From the NCBI GenBank assembly GCA_020536535.1, contig JAHLWZ010000511.1:4735-68734 (forward strand): a stretch of 64,000 bases of DNA. Reading direction: 5' to 3'. A program made the position numbers and the translations under genes. Of this stretch, positions 1 to 13,647 are shown piece by piece. Origin of the DNA: Pelomyxa schiedti (lineage: Eukaryota; Protista; Evosea). Every line of letters begins with the position of its first letter. Positions within the stretch are counted from its first letter, which is position 1. The notes below the pieces were generated by a model, which was given only the letters and a program-made list of their open reading frames with translations, was not told where the DNA came from and did not search any database.

Positions 1-1290
1 TTTTTAAGGATACAGTCCTTCAGTTGCATGTTTGTTTTTTTTTTTTTTACTTTGGAATTTTTTTTACTTTGGCTTTTTTAAAACATAACTTGGCACAGAA
101 AACAGGAGTTAAGTTTATTTACGTTAAGGGGAACCATGACATGACCGTTACGGAAGTTCAGCTGCAAGAATTCTTTGGTGAAGTTCCCATTGTGGTAAAG
201 GAGGTGTGTTCTGTCATTGCACTGGCTACAGCCACCTTCCTCGTCTTTGCTCCTTCACTGTTCTAACTTCTGTCAAGGATTGCCACCTTCTGCACCTGCA
301 AAACAAAAAATACATTCGGTTTGAGCATGGGCACGCAAAGGACGCATTCAACGCCCCTGTGAAAGATAAACACCTCCGGTGCTTGGATATCCTCCCTATT
401 GGGTATCTTATCACTCGTCTGCATGCAACGAACTTTGAGCAGACCAGCTCTGTAAGGGACATCGTACAAGAAGAAATCTTGGTTTGATGGAGACAATTTC
501 CATTCGGAATTACCCACTTCATTTCCAGAGACTGGTGAAATCCGGGCTTCCAACCTCTTTAGGCGATATACTAAGAACCATCATCAAATGTACTGTTGAA
601 GCTGTGTCAGGAAAGAAAATTGCACAGTTGGCTGAAGAGCAAATCAAAACACCACAGGGGATCATGACCGTTGTGTGTAACACACTCCTTCTTTGTCATC
701 TATGTATCACCAATCTATCCTCCCCTGATAGGGTCGCGCACTGCCACTGCTGGAATACGCTATGGTGTCACAAGTTGAATCGGTACGAGCCTATGTAGTA
801 AATTAAGAAAACCAAGTAAAACAAAACAAACCATCAACGAAAAAGATGCTTGGGCCAGAATTGGAGCCTCGGTGTGCTGAAATAACGAAAAAAGCCAAGC
901 ACAAGTTTATGGAGTTTTTGCTCAGTGCGCACCCTCTTCTTCCACTGCTTGCAGCTTGTTTCTTTGATGAAAAGTATCCAATCCACTCCTCTTTTACAAC
1001 TCACAGTCAATACTTCTAGCTATGGACACAGCCTGTTGCAGAATGACGCAGAAATAGAAGCTATTGTCTTTGGTCAGTAGTGAACTGCATGCAATGCACA
1101 GTGATTTCACACACTTTTAGGGCACACCCATGAGTGCTACAGTGATAGCCTGAAGCATCAGCAGTATTTCAATGATGGTGCCTGCTGCAAAGGTGTTTCG
1201 GCAATCCAGCTAGACATCCGGGAATCCAAGGTTGATATTTTGTCTTGGAAACCTCCTCTCCCAGCTCAAACCTGTTTTTTTTTTTGAAGG
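1..1290 (+). CDS. Calcineurin-like metallophosphoesterase (LpxH-like motifs), 3' part of a multi-exon gene; 5' end outside the window, 3' end approximate
   Basis: Spliced motifs in order: YVKGNHD (~120-140), RFEHGH (~317-335), IEAIVFG|HTH (~1054-1130, split by a short intron), QYFNDG (~1160-1180). Confidence 0.75.
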
Positions 1291-1770
1291 TTCATGGATC
1301 ATTTCGGGAGGACTGAAATTTAGGGATTTGAAGTTCTTCAAAAAAATTAAGGCCCTGTTTTTGTCCTCCAAAAGTTCTTTTGTTTTTTTCTTGGCCATAA
1401 TATGCTGGACGTTTAGCGCAACTGACAGCATTCCCCAGCGTTACAGAGGGAGGAACTACTAGTAGACAAGAAGAAATTCAAAAAAGGAGGTGAGTGCTGA
1501 CTACCAGAAATGCATTGAAGCAGATGCTGGAATCCCAACACGCACTGCAAACCGGCTTGTTGGCATTTCTCCAAAGGGATTCACGTGAATCACGGAGTGT
1601 TCTTTCCTTGAATCAACCAAGTTGGGCAATAAATTCGAATTTAAGAGCTGTTTTTGGCTCTAATTCACAAAGTTACGTGGGTTACGAAGTTGCGTTCAGG
1701 AAGTTTAAAGGAAAAGAGTATAGTACACGCAGCTAGGCTGGCAATTCTGCGGAGCTTGTAGCCGTCAGAG

Positions 1771-2360
1771 ATGTGCGGTATAGCAACAAGGAAGGGAATA
1801 GCGTCGCCGCCAGAGCACGTGGCGTTGCGCGGCGAAAAGCTTCCTCGCGGGGATTCCAAACAACGTTCTGGGGGACGAAATAGGCAGGAGATGGATCATG
1901 GGCGTGAACAGGCGGGCCGTCGTCGGGAGTTTGTACCGGAACGGGTCCGGCCAGGCCCGCGGTGGGTACTGGTTTGTGAGTGTGTCCCACACACTCGGAG
2001 TGGTTAGAATATCCTCCGAGTTGGGTGTGAAGCCGTTCGGCGATGTGATCGTGGGATGGCTTGACAGGAACATGGTCGTTTCGGTGAAGCCCACTGGGAA
2101 GGAAAGATGTCCTGCCATCACGAGGTGGCCTTCGGGAAGTCTCAAGGCTTGCTTGAGGGAGCGTTACTCTTGGGGTTCTATAATTACAAAGTTTGTAAGA
2201 AGCCGCAGTTGGGCTGTTGTGTACACACCCGGGAGGAAAGCGATGGAAATGTGGCCCATTCCGCTGTCATATTACCCTCTGGTTCTTGTTCCCCTGGGTT
2301 CCCAGGAAGAAGAGCTGATGTGGATGGATATCATTGATGGGGAACGGGGAGTTGTGTCTG
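1771..2360 (+). pseudogene. Frameshifted paralog of the intronless gene at 38101-39276, truncated by the N gap
   Basis: Near-identical to 38101-38740 but lacks the 50 bp at 38156-38205 (junction 1825/1826, CGT microhomology), which shifts the frame. Confidence 0.85.
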
Positions 2361-2460
2361 NNNNNNNNNNNNNNNNNNNNNNNNNNNNNNNNNNNNNNNN
2401 NNNNNNNNNNNNNNNNNNNNNNNNNNNNNNNNNNNNNNNNNNNNNNNNNNNNNNNNNNNN

Positions 2461-3420
2461 AAAAAAATGGTTTTTTGGTTGTGCTGGTTCCCAGCTGAAT
2501 CACTCAGTTCGGAAACAGGACAGAAAGGAAGAAATGATTCAATTAAAAAAAATATTTTTTTTCTTGTGGTGTAAAAACAACACAAAAAACATCCCACGAG
2601 CCCAGGTGCCAACGTGCCCAGCTCCCACACAACGCCCATGCACCAACGCGCTCCAACACGGCTGCGCTCTAGAGCTACGTGATGCAATCACACCATCAAT
2701 TCTGGAAACCTGTGATGTACGCACAAAAAAAAATGAAGGGTACAACTACAAGCCAAACGATTGGGAAAACAAAAAACACAACGACAAAATGGGTGGCTGT
2801 TGGTAGTACCCACAAAAGTCCACGTGTGACCAGCCGACTTGAGTTTTTTTTTTTTTGGTTTTTTTTCAACACAAACACAAAACAAAGCTGTGAGTTCGAA
2901 GCCACCTTTCGGAGAAATGGGGCTAACCGTGGCTTCGAAGCCAAGCACTGTTCTGTTCCGAAGGCAGAAACACTACACAAAAAAAAAAAAAAAAACCAAG
3001 ACAAACGGTTTGGTTGCACAGACACACCAAGCAGTGTGCCTGTACTGATGCATCAGGTGTTTCAGGTTTCTCCTTTTCGTCGTTTTTTTCCCAAGTTGGC
3101 CACCTTCGGTACTCACCATTTAACAGAATTGATGGTGCGATTGGGATGCTCACTGGGAGTGCAGCGCGGGAGCGTGGGCGATTGTATGCTCGCTGGGCAT
3201 GTGGGAGCGTGGGAGCGTGGGAGCAGTGGCTGGGCGGGTTGTTTTTACGTCGCAAGAAAAAAAATATTTTTTTTAATTGAATCATTTCTTCCTTTCTGTC
3301 CTGTTTCCGAACTGAGTGATTCAGCTGGGAACCAGCACTGAATCATTTCTTCCTTTCTGTCCTGTTTCCGAACTGAGTGATTCAGCTGGGAACCAGCACA
3401 ACCAAAAAACCATTTTTTTT
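2461..3420. mobile_element. Non-coding foldback/MITE-like element with long inverted arms
   Basis: 2461-~2580 is the near-perfect reverse complement of ~3241-3420; degenerate inverted similarity continues inward (caatcacaccatcaatt ~2686 vs aattgatggtgcgattg ~3128). The right arm has a 61-bp tandem duplication (3278-3338/3339-3399). The left terminus is hidden by the gap. Confidence 0.65.
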
Positions 3421-4026
3421 TTTGTCAGCTGGCATTTCCAGAACGGAAACTTTTGTTTTATCGCCAGCTTTCGATTTCTCAAAAGCTGTTGCGTGAAGCC
3501 GATTTCTGCCAGATGGATGAGAAAACGCTGATTAATGATTTTTAGGGTAAGTCTAATGGGTAGCATCGATATTAAACTTATTTTTCGTGGGGTTGCTGGG
3601 GGTGCCTGGTTGGTGGTGGGGCTTGCTCCGCCTCCAACTTGGGTGCCCTCCTGATTGCCCAGGCACTGCACTGCCGCCTCGTGTGGTCAGCCCCACTCCC
3701 ACAAAAAAAATAAAAACATAAAAACATACTCGATAAGACACGAAAGGCCCTTTTACCGATTGTTGTTGCTGTTGTATCCCTGTTTTCGGCAGAGATATCT
3801 GAAAGGTTACCATCCAGTGGGTGAGTGTTTTTTAAAAGAAAAAACAGTCAGATAAAGGGAAAAAAAGCCCTTTTTTTACAATTGGTTGTTGGGGTTTACA
3901 ATGCATAGAAGTGATTCCATTCCTTCTTTGAGTCAGTGTTGCTTGGTTGTATGATGTATTTATGTCTGGGTTGGTTTTTTTTGTTACAGTCAGGCGCACT
4001 GTCACGGTGACACTGGCCGTTTGAAC

Positions 4027-7000
4027 TTATGGAGGGTTGAGGTGCAGGTCTCTCCACCCCTTTGTGTCAATCGGGAATTCAGTCCTGAGGTAAGTTGTGT
4101 GGTCCGGCAGTAGATACTGCTGCACTTTGACACACATTTCGCCGTAGTGCTTCTGCAGCAGCGCGTGGAACGATGCGTGCTTCTCGGAAATGATGGACTT
4201 GTTGAGCGCGAGTGCGAAGCCGCAGAAGTTGACAAACACGCACACGGCCCAGGAGAGTTCCTTTATGTGCTGAAGCGGCTGCTTTTGCCGCATTGTGGGA
4301 GACAGGAATGTTTCGCATATCTTGAGAGGTCCCTCGTTGACCACTGTGGGTGATATTAGTGGGAAAGTTTAGAACCAGGTTTTTTTGGATTCACATACTT
4401 GGAACAACACTGCCTTGGAGTACTTGTTGCAATGGATTTATCTTTGGGGGTGTATTTTCGAGTTGTTCTCGGATTTTGTCAATGCGCTCCGTTATAAGTT
4501 CAATTGCATTTTGAATTGGTTCCAGAATAATCTGGAAATGGTTAGTCTAGTGTTGCGGACTTTTTTTTGGACATAGGGCACGGCACCTCGGTTTTGTGTA
4601 TCACTTCGAGCCGGTTTTTGACAAACGGGAACGGAAGTTCTGTTTGGTATATTGTCTTCTTCTTTTTCTGGTCAATAAGATTGTCGGCAATCAATTTCTT
4701 TCCTTCACTGAATGCTTGGCTGGAAATAAAACGACCTTGAAAAAACACCACTTGTTAGGTGCTGGAGAATAGTGTGTTTGGACTTACATGTGTTGAAGTG
4801 CCGCTGGAAAGGTGAAACTCTAGCAGTTACCTCTGCAGCATCAAAGTACGGGTCCACAAAGGCCACTTGATAGTACATTTTGCGTTGGTCAAGAGCTTTT
4901 ACATCCACAGGCTTGTTGGGTAGTTGGACTACATCTTCCGCTCGGATGACAGGTGGTGGAGGCGGTGGGATAGGTGGAGGTGGAATGTCTGCATCAAGTG
5001 GTGGAGGAGCAATATCGGAATCCGGAGGTTGTAGGCCTGCGGATTCCACTGCGGAAATCGCCTCTGGTGAAGGTGTTGGTTCTGGTGCAGTGTGTTTGCA
5101 CAAGAACTGGGATACGTGCTGCTGCATGGTTGCCAAGTTGCAGTCGGGTGGCATTTTGTAAATAAACTCTTTGCCAGATAAGGCAGGGAAGGCGTCTCCA
5201 TAGAAGCCGATGCGGTAAAACCTCCCCAATATGCGAGGATCTTTCCCCTTTGATGAATGGTGAAAGGAGAGAAAACATTGGAGAGGAATACCTTTTCCTT
5301 TTCTATCATGATTTTGCATATGCGGGAGCATTCCTCCATGGCTTGGAGCATCAGGGGATAATTTTTCTCTCTCTTGTGCAGAGTGCTCAAAAGGTGATTT
5401 ATTTCAATGCATGTCTCAAATAAGTTCACCTTTTTGATGTTACTGCAAAGGATAAAGGGTTCACAAAGAAAATGTGTTCACCTTTTCCAAGTATCTTGCT
5501 GCCTTCTTGAGGGAATCAATCATTGACTTTTCACACCACAAGTTCGAGGTCAACTTCGCGTTTTTCTGTGGCATTTTCTATTATGAAGAAATTGCGGAGG
5601 GACAGAAGAACCTGGCATAGTCCCATTATCCCTTTCACCGGTCCATCCATTGCAGAAAGATTTGGGGTGAGGACTGAAAAGTGAGAGGCTGTGATCGAGT
5701 CCAAACTGTGGAGAATTGACTCGTCAGGCTGTGATCAACTACCAACGAAGTTCACTTACCGTTTTTCCAAAATGAGGTACTGGGAAATGAGATACGCAAT
5801 CATTATTTGGCATTGCGCAGCTTCCTCCCAATCGCGGTACTAAAAGCAAATGTTTATTGGGAGGACACAATCCAAGGTAACTGGCATACCACTCTGTGAT
5901 GCTTCTTTGAGATAAAGCTATCTAAGTATGTGATCAGTAAGTCTGGATTGTCATTGTAGCTCATCGCAGCCTGGAAAAATAAGTCCACCTGCGACTCCGG
6001 GTCCTTTGTACTGCGAACTTGGCCCCAATACCTAAAGAGCCTGTCAGAAGAAGAGACGTTACAGTTGGGGCTACCTAAATAGCGCTTTGAGTCTGAAGGT
6101 GACTTCTTTGGCATTTTCTTTGAATTCCCGAATTGTGGTTTCCGAGGGATTGTCTACGTATTCGGGAGCGCGGTTGTCAATGTCATTTTCAATATGCTCC
6201 AGCATCTGCAGCAGTAAAAACTGTTGGGAGTCCTGCTGCAATGCAAGGAGGCGAGCAGCAGCCACGATTGTTTGTATTTTCATTCGGTACATATCGCCAG
6301 TTTGTTTGAAGTTTTGCTGTATTTTTGTGAGAAGAGTTGAACTTGAAGCAATAATGTTACAATTAGCATCTTCCTAAAGAGTTCTCTTGCTGGGATAAGG
6401 AATTTGGAGTTGTGGGCACCATTCATAAAATTGAGCAATTCATTGCTAAGTAGTTCACAATATCTTTGTAGAAGGTGAAATTTTTGGTTGCTTACATGAA
6501 GAGGGTGTAGTACGAATTTCCTTGTGCAACAAAAATTTGATGGCCATGGTTTTCAACAATGAGATCCAGGACTCCAAACGTTTGTTTCATTACCAACATC
6601 TGAACGCATCATTAGCTAGACGCCTAAATAACTGACGTAGTACTTGGTCAGCAGGGGCACTCTCTAAAACACTTGTAAGCACACTCAGCAGTCGTTGGAA
6701 AACAGGGTTTTGACTGCTCTTGAGAAATTCATGTCTGTCTTTTGTGTACTCTTGGCATATCCTCACCGCCACTGCCAATACATCATTCAAAGCGGGTTGT
6801 TCCTTTGGTTGTTTAATTTCTATCACCCCAGTCTTAATTAAAAATCAGTACCAAATATTTTATGCAGCTCCATATCAACTCAAGAAATAGTGTGTTGCGT
6901 TTCTCTGTATCTCTGGACCACCAGGATTTCAACAAAGAGGGTTGCACGTTCTTGAGTACATAGACAACGCAAATGAGATACTCATGCTTGTGAACAGGTT

Positions 7001-10000
7001 CAAATTTGGAAATAAGTTCGTCATTTGAAAGTGCCTACATCAAATGAGAACTGTATTTGAAGAGAAAAAGAAAGGTACAGAAAGGATCAGAGGGAAGTAG
7101 ATCGTGGCTATCAGTTTTTGTTGCCCACTTGAGCTATACCGAGGATCAGTCAGATGTTTTTTAAAGAGTGCTTTCAAAGTTTTCAGAGCCTACAGATGCA
7201 TTTAAGAAAGTGTTCATAAACAAATGCAAAAATAAAATACTTGATCTCTTATTGAAGATGACTTGGAAAGGCAGGACTGAACTTCATTCAAAATCAAACC
7301 TGCAATGGGATGCCGGTTCCTAAGGAAATATGTGAGCCGAGAAAAATTAAGTTGTTGAGGCAGAACCAAAATACTGTCTCCAGACCCTCAGGCAAATTGA
7401 CAAAATCAGAGTCATACGAAACGGGCATATTTAGGGGCAAATAGTGCTCATAGTCAGCAACACCCCTCAAAATTGTCATCTTGAATAATTTTATAACAGA
7501 GGCGTCATTGTTTGACGGATCGATTCCCGCAACACATCGAATTAGCTATGAATGGTAAGGAATGGCGTTCAAAAAGTGGGTGCACGTACGGCATCGATCA
7601 GCAAACCTCTGTCAATGAGAGGGAACATCTTGTTGATGAACACAGGTATACTCTGGATGTTCTGAAGTACATTGGTACCAACAACAGAGCCTGTGGTGAA
7701 CTGAAGAAGAAAGTTCTGCACAACTTGGACAATCAGTTCACAGACATTTTTACTGAAATCACTTGGGAATCGCGCCGCGTGATTATCGGTGCCTGGATTG
7801 ATTTAGTCATCCTGTTAATCTAAAGTGCAATATACAAAGTTTGTTATTTGCAGATGCCCAGACCGCTGCACTTTTTGCAATCATTTCAAAAAGAAACCAC
7901 GTAAGATCGCTTGTATCACATTCAACAGGAGCTTCATCAGGAGCTTCAAAGCTTCCACTCCGACGTGAACGTTTCTCTTCGAGTTTTGGAGAAGATTTCA
8001 AAGCACCAAGCCAGCTTTGGGTAAGAGTCTCGTGATGGGGATGAATTATTGGTGGTCTCATCGGGTTGAAGACAAATTTAACATAATGATCGAGGAGCTC
8101 AGTTTCGGACTTGGGGTGAACTTGCTTGGTGATTCTGTATTGTTTTGGGTTGTTGAGATAGGCAGGATATGAAAATAGAAATACGCACTTGGGGAGAAAA
8201 ACCATAAGTGCTCTGAAGGCTACCTGTCTACTAGCTTCATTCCAGGTACTCATTATGTTGAGAATAGTCGACATTAAGAAAGGGAAAAGCATGATGCAGG
8301 CTTCTGGTGGCACCTATTTATCAGGTTACGAAAAAGAATTTCCATATCTCGAGGAGGTACGTTGGCAATGATTTTCGCATAGTCCTGTGATAAGAGAAGG
8401 TAAGGTGCCAGAGTTTTATGAGAATACACATACCAATTGTGTGGGAAGTGAAAAAATAAATGATATTGGAGGTTTTGAGCTCAAGGAGGCAGGCGAAGGA
8501 GAGCTGGGAGGAACCATTGTTGTGGGATTCATTATTGATGAAATAGTGGGGCTGCTCCCGGATGGAGATGAGCTCGGGGAAGTTGAGAGTGAATGGGATT
8601 GGTTTGTGGATGAAAGCTGTGGTCTTGCGGAAATCTTATCTTTTAACGGGGCAGAGTTGGGGTGCCACACTCCTCTTATGAGACGCGCAAGTTTTTCATT
8701 AGATGTATGAATACTACTGATAACTTCTGTATGCACAGAAAAGAAATTTTTCAACTTCGTATCTGAAGATATGTCTAAGGTATCTTCTGTCTGAGAGAAT
8801 GTGGTTAGTTTAAAGTTGAAAATCTAGCACATCACACCGTACTAACAAGTTCCACCAATGATTTGGCGATAGGAAGTTTGTGTCTTCCGTTTTTCAGAAT
8901 TGTATTCCTAGAAGGTGTTGATTTTTTTTACGGTAAAATGGCACGATTACTTCTCTTCTTTGAACAGTGGAAGTCGGGAATACCCAAGAATTGTCTTGTT
9001 TGCGTGCATTAATATCTTCAAATCAAGTAATAAATACCTTTATCTTGGGATTTGGAGTGACATTATAAAATGTGAAGAGCAGTGTGTGATGAGATAGATG
9101 AGCAGGTAAACTTATCTGCATGAGGGTGTCATGGTACGAGCTGAGGAAAAATTGGAGTGAACCTTAATTTCATCACTGAATTCAGGAACTTTTTCATTCG
9201 TGATTACAGATGAAAAAGCTGTTTGTCGCAGGTCAAGCTGGGAGGGCTTGGAGAAGTCGTAACAAGTTCCATACATGACCTGATTTTACAATTATACTCA
9301 GATGAAGACTGCCGGTGCAACCTTGAAAGGAACTATGTTTTTTTTCTCTAGTTCTCTTCCATCAACTAACTGGACTCCAATCTAGAAGACGATATGCTTT
9401 GAATGAAATCACATGATGATTTACCTGAGTGTTGTGATGCACAGAAGCTTTTAGGAGCACAGTCTCCGGATACACATATAGGTTATTAATATAATCAAAG
9501 TGTGGGGGTTCACTATGCTGTCCCTCTTTTTCTTTGTGTGTAAAATGTTGTAGTTTTTTCAGATGGGGCTATGGTAAATGTTAGATTCGAAAATGAAAAG
9601 GCAGTACTTTGTGTGAAGAAGGTGCACTCGGTACAGAAAACGAGGGGTCCAGTATGACAGCCGCAATAGTTTCTGTCGGAGGTGCTACATTCACCCAGAC
9701 CTCCATATCAGCAGAAATAGGACGAACCTGTGTATCAAGTCAATTCACGATTAAGATTGAGAGGAATGAAACCTTTTTCAGTGATTCCGGTTCCTCCAAC
9801 CAGCCACAGATGGATTCGAGAGAGTTACTCCCATGCAGTGGATAAAACTCATTTATGCTATTTCCACGATTAACAACTTCCAAGGGGCTGGGGATGCTAC
9901 AGTAATTTCCTGTTTGTTGCCTGCTTTATGAGCTTTTGATTTTGAGATGCTTCAACACTAATGATCTCAGCAGGGTATACAGCAAAGAAGCCCCACATAA

Positions 10001-13000
10001 GGGGCTGCAGAGGAAGCGGGGGAGTATGGTCAGCTGGAATGAGGATAGAGTATTCCTTTAACTCTTGTTGAGCTTGTCTCGCATATTGTGCCATCTACAC
10101 TACAGTTCAACGGTAACTCACAAAGGAAAGACTAACCAGTTTGGTCTTGGTGTATGCTTGGAGGTCCTTTTCAATATCACCATGGAACACTCGGAATATT
10201 TTAATTACAACATATAAGTTCTGGGAGGGATGCTCCAAAGTTACAAGTGCCTTGTGCTTTGTCAATTCACAACGAAATAGCAATTGGCAAACCTCTCGTA
10301 TCGAAGGGCTTTTGAAGTCATCAAATGCAACACTATAAGTTGAAAAAGGAGATGAAGGAGGTTCAGTGGGCACAGAAGAACTATGTGCAATTTTTGCCGC
10401 AGATGCTGGAGGTGGCGGTGGAGGTGGTGCTGGGGGAATGGTGGGGGTAAGATGAAAGTGAAAGTCCTCTGACACCTTCCTCAATTGCGTTTTCTCTTGA
10501 GATAAATCAACAACTGACATGGTTCCGCATAGTGGCTCCACAATCTCGCCTCCAACATGAAGATCACCAACATGGATGAGGAGAGTGACTCTAGGTGGAG
10601 GTGAGACAAACAAAAAGAAAAGGTATCCTCACCGTTTAGAGGACAATGTCAGCTCAGGCACAGCACATGGTGGAGCTTGTGGAATGAGTTCATGTATTTT
10701 AGCAGATGCAAAAAATAAGTGTGGGTCCTCTTTCAAAGGCTGGAAACTATTTTGAATAGCCTGGTGTTCCTTTCTTTAGTGTCTTTTGAATTGAAAATTG
10801 GGGGAGACACACTCCATAGTGACTGTATCTGTAATCTACAAAAACCCGATCGTTTGAATATTCGTCAATGAAAGCCCCTACAATTGGACTTGTGTCAGTG
10901 GTATCGCTCTGGAGGTATCAATTAGCCATAAAGAGAGTTAGAATGACGATATACTCTCAGTCTTGTGATCCTTGGGAATCGTATTACATTGATGTCATCT
11001 GAAGGAAAAACAAAACATGGATCCAGGGAACGCTTTTCGTGGAGGTAAATCATCTCATACTTGTCCCAGATTCCATATGACTGACTTTCCTCCGTCATCT
11101 GGAAACTGTCAGATTTGACAAACAGGAAGCGGACCAACCAGTTGGTCATGCCCTTTGGCGGCACTGCTCTCAACAGATACTTTTGGAGCTGAAGAGGTTT
11201 TCCTTTTTTTAACTGTTCCAAACTTGCCACTTGACCTCTTTTCTACTGAATTGTTAACATCTTCCAAAAGAATTTGGGAATTGAAGTACGTTTTTCAAGT
11301 TCTTTTGTAACGTCAGCAAGTGCATCTACCTCGCTTTGAGGGGGAAGAATTGGAGGTAGACCACTTAGATACTCTGGATCAAGTGAAGAGGACATGGAGG
11401 CAATGTCGACAAATTCTTCACATGCAACTCGGGAAGCCAGAGTTTGACATCCTTTATGCACATCTAGCTTACAATCTAACAAACTTGTTATAAAAAGGAT
11501 CCAACAGAAGTCCATACTTGTGCAACGAAGGCCTTGCTTTGTGAGACCCCACATTTCAGTGTTACATATACAACATTTTGAAAGCCATTGGTACGTATGG
11601 GGTACAAAATCGTGATGATCGTGGTGTTTTGCAGGGGTTGAGGGAGCAATAAAAGTGGTGGGGGTAATGCGACTGATTGCCATGGGTTCTTGAAGTTGCT
11701 TGTGCATGAGAAACTGCATGTTATCACCAACAAAAAGATTCTCAAGCCTGGTTGTCTTGGTAGAAGTTTGTGAAAGTGGAAGTGGAATATTTTTAGACCC
11801 TGAGTCTAATTGGGTTGGACTGTCAACAGGTGGTGGAATTATAATGGAATCGAGAGGTGGTGGAGGAGGAATATCCAGAAGCAGATCGTCGTCACAACTT
11901 GGAGGAGGTATCTCAGAAAGAGAGGGAGGAGTAAACAGACTCATTAATTTCGCGACACCTCCTTGTGTTGCAGGTGAGGATTTTGGGGGTGGCCCTATGG
12001 AGTCCATGAAAGGTGGTGGTGTGCATGACTTGATAGGAATCCTATCAGGCGTCTGCGGACCGAGAAGAGCTGACGAGGAGAAGAAACCTTTTGTTGACGA
12101 TAACCGCGCAATACCATCATTAGGCTGCCTAGCGGAGCAAATAGTAGGAGTAGAAGATCTGCTGCTGTCAGTGCCACTCTCACCGCCAGTGGAGTAGTCG
12201 GAAGAGGTTGGGGTTGTTATAGTGGGGCTTGGTGAAGAGATATTCTTTGGAATATTAATAACAAAGGGATTTGTCTCCAGTGGAGCAGGTGTTGAATTCG
12301 CGGAATTGCTGCAGGACCTTCGGCGACCTGAAGAGGCTCTCTTGAGGCCCCCATCAGGTCCCTCATTTGTCTCGGAGTGTTGCTTGTGGTGTGAAGAGTG
12401 TGTGTGAGGAGTAGTCATGTGCCCCCCCTTTGAATGGGGGTGACCCGGTGTAGTATGCTTGCTACTGCCGCTCTCTGCCTTGTCATCACCAGCAGATAGA
12501 AGCATAGCTCTCAGTGAAGGTGCAGAAGTTTCCATGGTAGCTATTGCAGTAGCCAAACTACCAAGAACCGCGGAATGTGAGTTGTGACTGCGGTGCTTCA
12601 TCCTCGCAGGAGCCCCAAAAGACCCAGGAGGAGTCCCTGTGCTTGTGGCACTATGAATACTACCATTAGTACTAGAGCTACCACCAGTAATACCACTGGA
12701 AGCACTGGCACTAGATATCTCCGAAATCGCAGTTGCACCGCCCCTTACGTCATCGCCTCCTCCCGTCATCCCACAATTACCATTCGCAGCCGTCGAGTCC
12801 GCAGAACCGTCGTCGCGCCCGTGGTGGGGGTCGTTAGCGTAAGGGTCGTCGTCGTCGGCGTCGCCCGCGCCGCCGCCGCCGCTGCTGCCGTGGGACTTTG
12901 GGGTGGGCGTGGGCGTCGCGTAGGGGTCGTCGTCGCTGGGGTGTGCGGCCGCCGCGGCCCCGCCGATGGCCCCGAGGCGGAACCCGGGCCGCGCCGCGGG

Positions 13001-13378
13001 GCTGGGCCTGGGCGCCGGCATGGACGGGTGCAGCGGCGGCGTCCGCGTGCCCCCCGTGGGCAGCCCCAGCACCACCCCCGAGGTGCTGAGCCCCCCGCCC
13101 GTCGCGGTGGTCGTTGTCGTGGTAGTGGTAGTGGTTGTTGTAGTTGTGGGGCCGCCGGGCAGCGAGGGGGAGGAGGAGGAGTGGAGGGAGGGCGAGCCCG
13201 GGGCGGAGACGCTGGAGTGGGGGTTGTGGCCGTGGACCAGCTGGGCGTGGGGGGTGCCGGGCTCGCTGTCGTAGTCGTCGTCGCGCCGCGGGGTGCTGGT
13301 GGCGCTCGAGGGCTGGCTGCTCGTGGTGTAGTCGTCGGTGTCTCGTCGGTGCTGGTGGAGGAGCGGCGTCGTAGTCAT
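4027..13378 (-). CDS. DOCK-family (zizimin/DOCK-C/D-like) Rho GEF with low-complexity N-terminus, C1 domain, DHR-1 and DHR-2; many short introns
   Basis: DHR-2 motifs LGRFYRIGFYG..GKEFIYK, YYQVAFVDPYF and VNEGPL; zizimin-type VEPLCGTMSVVDL..KVSEDFHF; C1 pattern HDF..CCIC..WGL.KQGLRC..C...HKGC (~11420-11610); ATG at 13378 (MTTTPLL). Confidence 0.9.
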
Positions 13379-13647
13379 TTTTGTGTGTCGCGTGAAACGA
13401 CGCCACAGATCGCGCGGGGAAACGAAGTTGCAAAGAAACGAAAAAATAAAACAATGAAAGCCGGGACGTTGCCGATGTTTGGTGCAACAAAGGGACCGAA
13501 TGTGGTTCCACGAATGGGAGATCAATCAAAAAGAAAGGGTGTTGTGTGTATGTAAAGTGTGTTGTACAAGGGAAGTAAAGGAACAAGGGAGAAAAAGGAG
13601 TTTCTTGTTGGTCCAAAAAAAACATGTTGGTGGGTGCCTCCTATTCT

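Noticed and set aside
3278-3399. 61-bp direct repeat as a CRISPR-like array
   Set aside because: Two abutting copies with no spacer, in a eukaryotic context
12584-13625. Overlapping Arg/Gly-rich ORFs in other frames
   Set aside because: Shadow ORFs of the GC-rich DOCK first exon
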